Shown piece after piece: positions 1-11,599 of a stretch of DNA of 64,000 bases. The DNA is from Isurus oxyrinchus (taxonomy: Eukaryota), in NCBI GenBank assembly GCA_026770705.1, contig JANJGN010000009.1:163246001-163310000 (forward strand), given 5' to 3'. Made by a program: the position numbers and the translations under genes. Numbering within the stretch: the stretch's first letter is position 1; every line of letters starts with the position of its first letter. The notes under the pieces are model-generated. The model searched no databases. It was not told where the DNA came from and worked only from the letters and a program-made list of their open reading frames with translations.

Positions 1-1295
1 AAATGCTGCTTCACTTGAAAGGAGTGTTTGGGCCCTTGGACGGTGAGGAGAGAGGAAGTGAAGGGGCAGGTGTTACATCTTTTGCGTGGGCATGGGGTGG
101 TGCCATAGGAGGGGGTTGAGGAGTAGGGGGTGATGGAGGAGTGGACCAGGGTGTCCCGGAGGGAGCGATCCCTACGGAATGCCGATAAGGGGGTTGAAGG
201 AAAGATGTGTTTGGTGGTGGCATCATGCTGGAGTTGGCGGAAATGGCGGAGGATGATCCTTTGAATGCGGAGGCTGGTGGGGTGATAAGTGAGGACAAGG
301 GGGACCCTATCATGTTTCTGGGAGGGAGGAGAAGGCGTGAGGGCGGATGCGCGGGAGATGGGCCGGACACGGTTGAGGGCCCTGTCAACGACCGTCGGTG
401 GAAAACCTCGGTTAAGGAAGAAGGAGGACATGTCAGAGGAACCGTTTTTGAAGGTAGCATCATCGGAACAGATGCGACGAAGGCGAAGGAACTGGGAGAA
501 TGGGATGGAGTCCTTACAGGAAGCGGGGTGTGAGGAGCTGTAGTCGAGGTAGCTGTGGGAGTCAGTGGGTTTGTAATGGATATTGGTGGACAGTCTATCA
601 CCAGAGATTGAGACAGAGAGGTCAAGGAAGGGAAGGGAAGTGTCAGAGATGGACCATGTGAAAATGATGGAGGGGTGGAGATTGGAAGCAAAATTAATAA
701 ATTTTTCCAAGTCCCGACGAGAGCATGAAGCGGCACCGAAGTAATCATCGATGTACCGGAGAAAAAGTTGTGGAAGGGGGCCGGAGTAGGACTGCAACAA
801 GGAATGTTTCACATATCCCATAAAGAGACAGGCATAGCTGGGGCCCATGCGGGTACCCATAGCCACACCTTTTATTTGGAGAAAGTGAGAGGAGTTGAAG
901 GAGAAATTGTTCAACGTGAGAACAAGTTCAGCCAGACGGAGGAGAGTAGTGGTGGATGGGGATTGTTCGGGCCTCTGTTCGAGGAAGAAACTAAGGGCCC
1001 TCAGACCATCGTGGTGGGGGATGGAGGTGTAGAGGGATTGGACGTCCATGGTGAAGAGGAAGCGGTTGGGGCCAGGGAACTGGAAATTGTTGATGTGACG
1101 TAAGGTGTCAGAGGAATCACAGATGTAGGTGGGAAGGGACTGGACAAGGGGAGAGAGAAGGGAGTCAAGATAACGAGAAATGAGTTCTGTGGGGCAGGAG
1201 CAAGCTGAGACGATCGGTCTACCGGGACAGTTCTGTTTGTGGATTTTGGGTAGGAGATAGAAGCGGGCCGTCCGAGGTTGGGCGACTATCAGAGT
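1..1295 (-). mobile_element. Penelope-like retroelement, 5'-truncated, runs off the window edge (RT region to start of GIY-YIG)
   Basis: The reverse complement of about 1-1094 is near-identical to about 19070-20165 (MDVQSLYTSI, GVAMGTRMGPSYA, YIDD) and extends about 200 nt further 5'. Confidence 0.93.
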
Positions 1296-2477
1296 TGTGT
1301 TGCTCCAACTCTGGCTCGTTGAATATTCCCACTTCCTTCACCTCACCATTAACAGTAATGTCTTCAGTTGTCAAGCTCCTAAACTCAAGCAGATTCTCCT
1401 TAAAACTTTCTTGTCTCTTTGCCTCAACAACAACTTTAGTCTGATTACATTACTGTGCAATGCCTCAGGAGGTTGGACTAAGTGAAAGGATCTTTAAGAA
1501 TACAAGTTATTGCTGCTGTTGTTGGTCCCACTAATGAGCTAACAATTAAAAGATGAACGTATTTCTCAACCAGCTGCTGTTGTCAATAAGAGTTCTATCC
1601 CTTTAGTTTTATTCAGAGTGAAGTTTTTATCCACGAGTAACAGATTGCCCTCCGAGCCCTGAATTTTCTGACTGGTTTTAATGGTTGAGAAATTTTTATT
1701 GTGTGTAGAATTCCGAGTGACTGCTCCATTCTAAATGAACACAAATTTACATTTAGCAGAATTACATTAACTCTGCAAGTTCTTTAATGGATGATAAGAA
1801 ATGTAAGTAAAGAGATGGACAGTGGAAAAAATGTGTCTTCATGTTAGTTGCAATTTGCAATGTTGAAACCACAAGAAAAATGTGTTGCTGTCCTCAGGGT
1901 GGACGTGTGACTCACACCCTGTGAATATACAATGGCAGCAGGTGCTAGTTACCAAATGAAGGGTTGTGTTTGCAAGTGCGAGAAGAACTGCATCGGTACA
2001 GAATTTGTTAAAGGCAAACATCATGGGCGCTGGTCCATTTCTTGAACACCAGGAGATGCAGATGGATGAAAGATGAACAGGGATCATGCGAGCTACACCA
2101 GGGTGTGGACAAATTACCCCAGAGGGGAGCATCACTAAGCTAGAAGTGGAAATGCTGAAATGTTCAGCACAGAAGGAGTTCATTCAGTCCATTGTAGAAA
2201 GAAAATAAAGATGGAAAGAAAAGGTGATATTAAAAGAGACAGAGAGATGAAAGGTATAGGCAGGAAAACTATTTTAATTATTTTCATTGTCAATATTTAA
2301 AAATCCCTAACACTAATTAGAGTAATTAAATTCTTCAGGAATGAGGGTCCATATTGTTAACACTTCATTTTCAGGGCCTGAGAGATTATTTGGCAGAAAT
2401 TATCACCGACTCATCAATTAACTTTCAATAAACCTGAACTCACCAACATTAACATTTCCTTCTATGTTTATAAGAAG

Positions 2478-2910
2478 AAAGACTTGTATTTATATAGCGC
2501 CATTCAAGACCATTGGACATCTGAATGCATTTTAGAGCCAATCAATTATGTTTGAAGTGTGACTCCTCTCTTCTGGAGAAAATGTGGCAGCCATTTTGTG
2601 CACAGCAAGCTCCCGCAAATAGCAACATATTAGTGACCACCTGATCTGTTTTTTCTTTCTGCTGCTGCTTATGGGATAAATATTATCCAGGGAAGCAAGG
2701 CTAACTTCCCTGCTCTATTTCATACTGCCATGTGATTCTCTATGTCCACCTGAAAGGGCAGACAGGGTCACTGTTCAACAGTTCACCCGTAAAACAATGT
2801 TGCGCTCTCTCTTTACGGCAGCATTAATCTTTGTGCTGAAGTTTTGGTTGGGACTTGAATCTCGACCATTGTGACTCAAAGTGAGAATGTTACTGTCTAA
2901 TCCACTGCTG
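2478..2910 (-). mobile_element. Deu-domain SINE (SacSINE1/AmnSINE-like), degenerate
   Basis: Contains gcagccattttgtgcacagcaagctccc (reverse of the Deu core) and the tail gacttgtatttatatagcgcc; related copies elsewhere in the window. Confidence 0.7.
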
Positions 2911-2938
2911 CTTAGTGATTAGTGGGTAAGTACATCAT

Positions 2939-3639
2939 GGGCAGAATCTTCGGCTCGGTGAGCGGGGGTGGGGCCTGCTCGCCGACAGGTAAAACAACGT
3001 CCCAAAGTCACCGCCCGTCCTTCAGATCGTGAGTTCGGTGGGCGCCCACCGGAATAGGCTGCACACCCGCCGAACTGTCAAAGGCCTATTAAGGCCATTT
3101 AAATAGTAACTAAACTAGTTAACTGAGCAGCCCGTCCAACCTTAAAGTTGGCGGGCCAGGTGAATATCCCAGGCGACCTTCACATAAACCATGATACCTC
3201 ATCCACGGGCGGGATGAGTTTTCATTAAGGTTTTCAAAGTTTCATAAAAACTTATAATGAAATTCATTGACATGACCCAGCTTATGTGACACTGTCACAT
3301 GAAGGGGGCGTGTTTCAAAACATTATTTTTTTTTAAAGTTAAAATTTTGAGAAATAAAACTGATCTCCCTGAGGCAGCTCTTAGGCTCAGGGAGATTTCT
3401 GTGCTCTTTCGAACGCACTAAAGAGCGCAGACCCCAACTCCGCCAGCCTACACCCCCCCCCCCACCGCCCGCACAGGGAGTGCACAGCGTTTCTGGGTGT
3501 GTGTCACGCTGGTCGGGTGTTAGTTGTCCCGCCCAAGGAAAATGGCGGCACGCAGCCAATTGCAGGCGGTGATCGGTTACCTGCCTGTACAACACCCCCC
3601 GCCCCCCACCCCACCCCCGACGGGGGGAGAATTCTCCCC
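2939..3639. mobile_element. PIF/Harbinger-type MITE
   Basis: Termini gggcagaatc / gaattctcccc; 3-bp TSD CAT (2936-2938, 3640-3642); internal hairpin; related to 5699-6335 and 59734-60261. Confidence 0.75.
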
Positions 3640-4332
3640 CATGCCTTTACAATAATTCCCATGACAAGTCTATCAGTTGATAACAGTGTGGTGCAGCATC
3701 TGGGGAAACAGGGCCAGAGCCTGCACATTTTTGAATTTAATTACACATGTGCACACTCTGTGCTGCTCATTTACTCCATAATAACAGTGAACATTGTTAG
3801 TCTTTGCCTTTATTCTCAATGGAAAATCCAGCTCAATTAGTCATTGCCTGAAAGACCAAAACTCCACGGTTTTAATTGTTCACATTCTGAGCCTGTGAAG
3901 TTGATGGCAGTAATTATCAATGATCATGTTATCATGTAAGGTAATAGACCGAACTTTCTGTGGCCTGATTAATGGCTAACAAATTAGCAAATGTCACAGT
4001 TTCATCAACGTCAGGGAGTATTTAAGAGTGATCTACCATTTTCTCAAAGCTAATGGTGGACAAATCAGACAGTAATTGGCGGTGATTCGCAATTCATCGG
4101 GTGTCTCTTCATTACCTCAATCTGCTGGCCGAGTTTTACATTTGTGAAGAATTCACTCACTGTTGCACTTTCAGCAAATCTTCGGCCCTTAGGTTTTCAG
4201 CAATGGTGCAGAAAGTAAAAGACATGTCAGGGTGCATCACACCACCTATGATGTCAGCAACCACATCCTGAGACATAAGCCCTTGGAAGCAATTGTCTGC
4301 AGCCCCCCAAATAGGCAAATGTAGAGCTGTGC

Positions 4333-4497
4333 TATTACTGGCTTCTTGTCCCAACAACAGCTTGTATTTCACCCCTTTCCTATTTTTACTTAGTTCTGTT
4401 GAAGGGTCATGAGGACTCGAAACGTCAACTGTGCTCTCCTCCGCCGATGTTGCCAGACCTGCTGAGTTTTTCCAGGTATTTCTGTTTCTGTTTTTGT
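4333..4497 (+). mobile_element. Short PLE 3'-terminal insertion carrying a hammerhead motif
   Basis: 13-bp TSD tgtagagctgtgc (4320-4332, 4498-4510); sequence matches the 3' end of the PLE at 19061-20969. Confidence 0.85.
4392..4430 (+). ncRNA. Minimal type I hammerhead ribozyme motif (variant core CUGUUGA)
   Basis: AGTT-CTGTTGA-A-GGGTC atgag GACTC-GAAACGTC-AACT. Confidence 0.7.
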
Positions 4498-4731
4498 TGT
4501 AGAGCTGTGCCGTCTATTGGAAAGAGATTTGCAGCTAAGGAGTGACAGCAATGGTCAGCTGTCAGCTTCATTCTTAACGCAGATGAAGGATGGAGTTTTC
4601 TGGGACCTGGTTTGCTGCGATCTTCTAGTTGATTTAAATTCTTCATCTGAGTTTTATTGGATAAACCTTTCAATGTGACAACTAAGAGCTGGGTGACAGA
4701 CGACAAGTATTGATCAATCCTTTTTGAGAAT

Positions 4732-4774
4732 ATGACAATGTGGATTCTGATTCCTTTTATTTGTTCTGTGCCTG
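4732..4774 (+). CDS. CD300/pIgR/MDIR-like receptor exon 1, signal peptide (MTMWILIPFICSVP)
   Basis: ATG, hydrophobic leader, phase-1 donor G|gtgagt; joins in frame to the V exon as ...SVP-VSGVLW. Confidence 0.85.
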
Positions 4775-5160
4775 GTGAGTAACAGTCAGAGCTGGTTATT
4801 CAGATAATCAGTGTTAGATTAACTCTAGTGTACACTTTATACAGTAGAGAAGTTTAAATACTTGGAGACATGTAAAGGTACAAAATACTCAGCAAAAATA
4901 TATAAATGACTGTTTTATGAAGTCTTGTACCTATTTTGTTCATTCTTTTGCACCGCAGAAATATTTATCAATGTACAGTAAACTATTATTAATGGTGAAT
5001 ACAAAATAAATAACTTATTTAATTTTTTAACAGTTACATGAATGACAGAATGAAATGCAAAAGTAACACATTTTAATCCAGTAAATTTAACTTTTTTATT
5101 TCATGTGATGTCCAACATAGATACTGGAAACTATGGGGTTTGGTTAGCTCAGTTATTGTG

Positions 5161-5220
5161 ATATTTATTAACATGTCCCATCTTGTGTGACATTGTCACA
5201 TGAGGGGGACATGTTAATAA
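5161..5220. repeat. Isolated 60-bp palindromic segment, inverted copy of 5934-5993
   Basis: 56/60 identity to the reverse complement of 5934-5993; self-complementary. Confidence 0.8.
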
Positions 5221-5289
5221 TTGTGTGTGATGCTGAATGATGCTAATGGCCTGGGTTCAATCCTGGTAATTCAATCATCTCTGATTCTT

Positions 5290-5650
5290 CCAAACTACAG
5301 GAAATATAGACCTGGGATACTCAACCTCTCATTGAATAAATCCACCATCCCAATAACCAGTCTAGTGATTTGACGTTCCACTCCTTCCAGAGCTGTTGTG
5401 TCCTTCCTTCTGTGAGAAGTGCACACAAATGTGGCCTCTCAAATGTCCTGTAAAATTGTAGTAAGGTTTCTTCAGTCTTACACTCCAATCTCTCTGGAAG
5501 ATAAGTTAACATCCCATTTGCCTTCCTAATTGCTTGCTGTCCCTGAATTTGGAGTTTTTGTCACTCATTTACAAGGACACTCAGGCCCTCCTGGATGCAA
5601 ACATTCACAGTTAGTCACTATTTAAATAATATTCTGTATTTATTCTTCCC
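5290..5650 (-). mobile_element. CR1-type LINE RT fragment
   Basis: The minus strand reads LECKTEETLLQFYRTFERPHL, a degenerate CR1 ORF2 C-terminus. Confidence 0.6.
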
Positions 5651-5698
5651 AACGTGGTGTTATGAATTTATTTCGTAACCAGAATTGTTAAACTCCCA

Positions 5699-6335
5699 GG
5701 GCAGAATCTTGCCCTTGATGGGGGGGTGGGCCCCACCGCTCGGTGGCTGGTGGTCAGCCGATCACAGCCGCCGAAACGGGCCCCGCCGCCATTTTACATT
5801 AAGACCGTGCACTTCCTGTACGGGTCCGGGGGGATTCCCCAAATGTCAGAGCGCAATGCTCCCTGAGGCTAAGTGCTGCCTCAGGGCGAGCGCTGACAGC
5901 GTTTGAAACTTTAAAAATAGAAAAATAAAAAAATTGTTAACATGTCCCCCTCATGTGACCATGTCACACGAGATGGGACATGGTAATAAATATCACAAAA
6001 ACTTTATTAAACTTTTAAAAACAGACATGAGACCTCATCCCACCAGTGGATGAGGTTTCATGCATTATCAGAAGCCCGCCGGGGCTCCTGGCCTAACCAA
6101 CCAACCTTAAGGTTGGACGGGCAGGTCCTTAAATTGGTTTAACTGCCCTGTCAATGGCCTCAATTGGCCATTGCCAGGTTGGCGGGCGGGCAGCAGATTT
6201 CGCTGTCCACCCTCCTTCCTGAATATTTAAATGGGACGGGATGATGTCAGCAGTTCCCCCCAACATCTTCCCGTGTCATTTTCACATCGGCAAGTGGGCC
6301 CTGCCCCCTAGCTCGCCAACAGAAACATTCTGCCC
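5699..6335. mobile_element. PIF/Harbinger-type MITE
   Basis: TIRs gggcagaat / attctgccc; shares internal motifs with 2939-3639 in inverted orientation. Confidence 0.75.
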
Positions 6336-7099
6336 ACAGTTTCACTCTCTCAAAGCCACGATTCTGTTAATTCCATTCCATCAAATCTCCCATAAAAAAC
6401 TTATGCCTCTAATTTATTAATTTTATACAGGATACTTCCTGTATCATACACACTCCAGTGAAAGCTCCCTCTGGCTGTTTGACAATCATCTTCCTTTCAA
6501 TTCTTCCTCTGCCTGATCTGATCTTCCTGATCTTCCATTCACCCTCTTTATCTTTCACGCATCTTTTCCTTTTTCTGTTCTTCTCTCTGCCACATCATCT
6601 TGCGTTAATTTCCCTCCTGCCATTTTGGTGTAAACTCTCCTCCCAGCATGAGTTCCTCTCTTGGGAAGGTTATTGGTTTGATAACTGTCCAAGTAAACTC
6701 CTCCTGTGTTGTACTGCCTGTTCCTTATCCGGAACTGGCCCCATTGTGCCAGGAACACTTTACTTCTGAACCTACTCTCCATCCAGAGAATTATTTCTGC
6801 TGCTTTTCTATTCTTACCTCTCTACAGCGTAACATTGGGAATAACCTTATATTCACTTCCCTCAAGGACCTGCTCATTGATCAATCTCCAAGTTTCTGAA
6901 TCATCCCTTACCAATCCCCAATTGCTTTCATTTCAATGTTACTGGTTGTAGGAACCATCTTCGCTTCCCTCACCAAATCCTGCTCCAGTACAAGTTGCAG
7001 TCAACATACTTGAAGGATAGAAATTGTTCTGATTGTTCCCATGGTGATGAATGAATTGGAGAAGAAACATAAATTTAAGTTGTTGTTGCCCTTGGAATT

Positions 7100-7350
7100 A
7101 AAGAATTGCATTTACATAGCACCAATTCCAACCACAGGGTCTCCCAAAGCAATGTACAGCCAATGATTTATCTGAGGTGTTGTTATTGTTGTAATGTTGA
7201 AACAGTGTCCACCTATTTGTGTGCAGCAAAGTCCCACAAACAAAAATAAAATAATGACCAGATTTCTCTTTTTTTTTTATTAATTGTTGGTTGAGGGATA
7301 AGAGTGGACCATTAGACTGGGGAGTACTCCCCTTCTTTGAATTAGAGCAA
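7100..7350 (-). mobile_element. Deu-domain SINE fragment
   Basis: gaattgcatttacatagcacc...tttgtgtgcagcaaagtcccacaaac, similar to 2478-2910. Confidence 0.6.
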
Positions 7351-8714
7351 TGCAAATTTGTGCATCGGCCTGTGTGGCAGGCTGGGTCCCAGATTTTGGT
7401 CTCTGTTCTGTGTGCACCAAGTTCGGAGGTTTCCAGAATTGGCGAAGATCACCTTTCAAAATGGCCGCCCTCAGGTGGGATTTTTGGTCGGGGGGAGGCA
7501 TTAAAAAAGGAGTCGAGGGGGGAACACCAGAACGAATCCACAGGCTGCCAGGCATGGAGATGGGCTGGGGGCAAGGCCCCCTCTGTGCCCTGGCATTGTA
7601 CTTAAATAGAAAAAATACTGTGAAAAAACAAAACACATCCTTCCAGCCCTCACCCATTACCCCCTCATTCCCACACACATTCACTGTGGCCCATCCATGC
7701 CAACCTCTGCCAACCAAAGCCTCTGTTGTGTTAAATAGATGAGTCCACTTCAGTCTGAGAGTTCCAATAAACAAAAGGTTTATTCAAGCATCTGCTGGAA
7801 GAGTTCATCGTGGATGCTTTATCCAAGGATCTCTGGCAATACACGGTCAGCGTAGCATATTTATAGCTTTTAGTTATCACATTTCACTATACTGCTCACA
7901 CAATCTCCAGTTATATACCTAATGAGCAGATATCTCGTTATCTCACTGCAAGGCTGGAGAATGCCTTGTTTCTAAGACCTCCCAGTCTATGCTCTTATCA
8001 TTCTAACATTTGTTTACTCATCCTGCGAAGCTCATTAAGTTTTATGACTTGTTAGTTGGGTTCTCACAGTACCATACCCATCATGCCTATGTGTTGGCCA
8101 TTTTTCCCATCATACTTAGAAAGAGCCCTTACAACTGCACTTAAAGCCATTCATGCTAATAACTGTATTTGTCTATTTTTACAGCTGTTAGTGCACATCT
8201 TAATATTTGTTTTAACATTGACTTATTTCATTTCCCATCTTAAAACCCTACCCACTCCACATGGTCCTCACACCTCTATGCCAACTTGTGCCGCTCTACC
8301 GACTCCATTGCCCCATACAGCCGATGCCAACTCAGTGCCAAATCATGCCAACCCATGTACCCATCATAATTTGCCTTTACTCCTCCATACCAACTCAGTA
8401 CCATTGGACCTTCTCTGGAGCGGGAGTTGAAAATGCAAACTATTGACCCAGAACCAATAGCGCAAACACTGAGCCACAAATTAACACAATAACAATAGCG
8501 ACTGTACTTTAAAAATAAATCCTTGGCTGTGAAATACTTGGTATCAACGGTGAGGTATTACATTAATATTTTCTTTCATCACAAACCAGGAAGAGTACCA
8601 AGAATGAATATAGTAGAGAGTTTCCTCTATAAACAGTGGTAAATCTTATTCAGATTTATTGGCTTGCATTAAGCAGTTATTTACTTTTCAGTTTCTGAAA
8701 TGTTGCCTCCTCAG

Positions 8715-9041
8715 TTTCAGGTGTATTGTGGAAACAAAACAGAGTAAGAGGGATTGTGGGAAGAGCGATCACAATAAATTGTAAATATGACAGAAAGTAC
8801 CGGCAACAAGTGAAATATTGGTGTCATGATTGGACATTTGGCTGCTCATATTTAGTGAGAACAGATGATCCAGGTGGGCGGAGAGGAAGAATATCGATCA
8901 CAGATCACAAGACACAAGGAACATTCATTGTTACTATAGAGGATCTTCGCTTAAAAGATACAGGATGGTACAGATGTGGTACTGTTAAACCTGGCCACAC
9001 TCTTGCCTCAAAGTTTACTGTAAATCTACAAGTATCTTACG
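8715..9041 (+). CDS. Receptor exon 2, Ig V domain 1 (CD300/pIgR type)
   Basis: GRAITINCKY...KYWC-x6-C...GRISITD...EDLRLKDTGWYRCG; acceptor cctcag, phase-1 donor G|gtacat; has the extra C-C' Cys pair typical of CD300/pIgR/TREM. Confidence 0.93.
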
Positions 9042-9989
9042 GTACATTTCTTACTGATTTTCTTTATTATTCTCGACTGAAATGTCTGATCAATGTTTTA
9101 TCTGGGAGGAAACCTGACAGCTCCGATATCCCGAGGCTCCACAGCAATGCAGAGTCTTAAAGGTAAAGGGCAGAGGTCAGGAAATCCGACTCATGTTACC
9201 CAAACCCAATTTGTGACCTGTCCAAATTTCTGACCAAGAACATCAAATATTATCAGACTAACAATTTGCTTAACTATAGGATATTGTGAAAGGCGCCACC
9301 TGGTATGTGCAGTGCAATTTTCTGTCTGAGAAATCTGTTAAATATCACACTGTCAGATACTTAGATTCAGAATATAACTAATGTTCAGACATTAACAAAC
9401 CGAGCAGCTAGTTGTTTGTAATTGTACCTTATAGTATCATGCGGGTTTAAGGGTGAATGGTGGGTGGGGGGGAGGGTGGGTGCAGGTGGGGTTAGATGCA
9501 CGGAAAGTAACAGTATGTTGAGAAGCAGGGTAAACCCGTCGACATTCATATGTAACTGCAACGTGTCAGTCTGTGTGTGAGTGAGCGAACCCCTAAGGAG
9601 AGGCAGGTTATCAATTTCAGTCTGTTAATCATTCAATCAGTGGAACTTGTGAAATCTAACTGTGGGTGCACAGGTTAGAATGCAAGGCCAAAAGACTGAG
9701 TCAATTGGGAGGCTGAAGAAATGACTGGAAAAGATGTCAATAAGCACTGAAACCTCACTGCATGATTGTGTGAATAGTTTTATTCTCGGTGTTTACAGAA
9801 AAGTTACTTTCACAACTGTGGAGATTAATTTGTACTTCTGGATTTCATTTTGGCGTTTTTATTGATCAGATCAGCATGAGTGACACTTACGCTTTTATTT
9901 TGGACCTCAGATGAGGACCAACATGATAAAGGAACTGCTGTAGCAACTGGCTGCTACAAACAGGCCCTCTGCTTCACAGGGTGTACCTA

Positions 9990-10110
9990 CACCATATAGA
10001 CGGCAGCAGTTCAAGAAGGTGGCTCACCACCACCTTCTCAAGGGCAACTAGGGATGGGCAATAAATGCTGGCCCAGCCAGTGAAGCCAACATCCCTTGAA
10101 TTAATAAAAA
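9990..10110 (+). mobile_element. 3' tail of an L2/CR1-clade LINE
   Basis: cagcagttcaagaaggtggctcaccaccaccttctcaagggcaactagggatgggcaataaatgctgg followed by an A-rich end. Confidence 0.55.
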
Positions 10111-11599
10111 ACAACGGACAAAGGGGTGAACAGAGATGTGCAACTTGCTGGAGGACATACCCACAACACAGGGAGTGTGCATTTCCTGATCAGTTTCCTT
10201 GACATGTTGGAACACAATGTCTCAGGAGGCACATTTCATAATATAAGATTTTCTCGACCAAACCTGTGCATGTTTTACTCTCCTCTGCCCTGCATCTCTA
10301 CATGGTGCAACCTCTGTTGCTTCAGCAGAGGTAAGGACAGGCTGCTCAGATCCCTGTTCAGGCTGCTGATTGTCTTAACCAATGTTCCCTGGGATTAGGA
10401 ATGTGTGAGGGTCCTGGCAAAAGCTCAAATTTCATATGTGCAGGGTCAGACTCATCCATCTGGACTTGAGGCAGCATGTGGGGTATTGAATGAAGTGGGG
10501 TGAGGGGGCAACAGATGAAAAGTCAAAGCACTTGGAGCCAAATTGCCACATCTCTATCTCCTTTCACCATCGCCACCTGTCATGGCCCATTCACTGGAAA
10601 ACCATTCACTCTAGATCAGTGAGACGAGGAGCAGTCAATGCCAAGACATTATGCCACTCATGCATTAGACAGTCTCCTCCTATGTTTCTATAAACTTGTA
10701 CTATGCAACTGGGAACCTGCCTGCACATCCACATTCTTTGCAGTTGTCCTTGAAATAACCTGTTCATCAAAGTCCCACATTTGCATCCGGCCAAACAGAT
10801 AGAGAGAAAGTGTTCATTGGCAGAGGGACCTGAAGTGTTCTGTGGCCTCTAACATTGACGCTCCACTAGTGTTCCTGCCTCCACCATCTGCTCCTATTCA
10901 TCTAGGATGTGCAGTTCACCAAAGGGAAATCGAATCATTTGCCTCACTGAAACAATTGAAGAATTATAGAATGGTAGCAACATAGAAGGAGGCCATTTGG
11001 CCTGTCAAGCCTTGGCTGGCTGCCTGCAAGAACAATTTTGCTGGTCCCACTTCCCACCCTTTTTCCACAGCACTGCGAGCTTTTCCTTCGGGCGCCTATC
11101 CAATTTTCACTTCAAAGCCAACATTGAACCTACCTCCAACACCCTTTCAGGCAATGCATTGCAGATCATAACCTCGTGCCGCATAAAGAAGTTTTTCTTC
11201 CTGTCACTTTTGGCTCTTTTGACAATCACTTTACATCAGTGTCCTTGGCTCTTCCACCAATGGAAACAGTTTCTTTCCATCTGTTGTGTTTTCACTGTTA
11301 ATAGGACCCATGTGGCTAGTGAAGACAAAATCAAGATACAGAGCTTTTCATTCATTGCGAGAGTTTGTTGATTTGTTCAGTCTCACAGCTCTCCTCCTAC
11401 ACAACCCAGAGTCCCAGCTAACCCCTATTTATACGTGCTCAAAGGCAAGTAATACCCATCACCTGTTTCTCTTAACCTTCACAATGTAGCTGACAAGAAA
11501 TTAATGTAGAGTCTTCATGATTTTGACATATTTTGTTGTATATTGCTCCTGTGCAGAATGTTTCATTCTGTTAAAAGACATTGTATAAATATAAGTTGT

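Noticed and set aside
11-1103. Pro/Ser-rich and Gly-rich ORFs, repeated at 19057-20498
   Set aside because: Alternate or antisense frames of the C-rich PLE ORF, not independent genes.
5134-5270. tRNA gene
   Set aside because: Only decayed A/B-box-like strings of a SINE head, interrupted by an insertion; no cloverleaf.
7720-8068. Possible small solo LTR (tgttgtg...ctcaca) inside a MITE-like region
   Set aside because: No matching TSD or convincing inverted termini.
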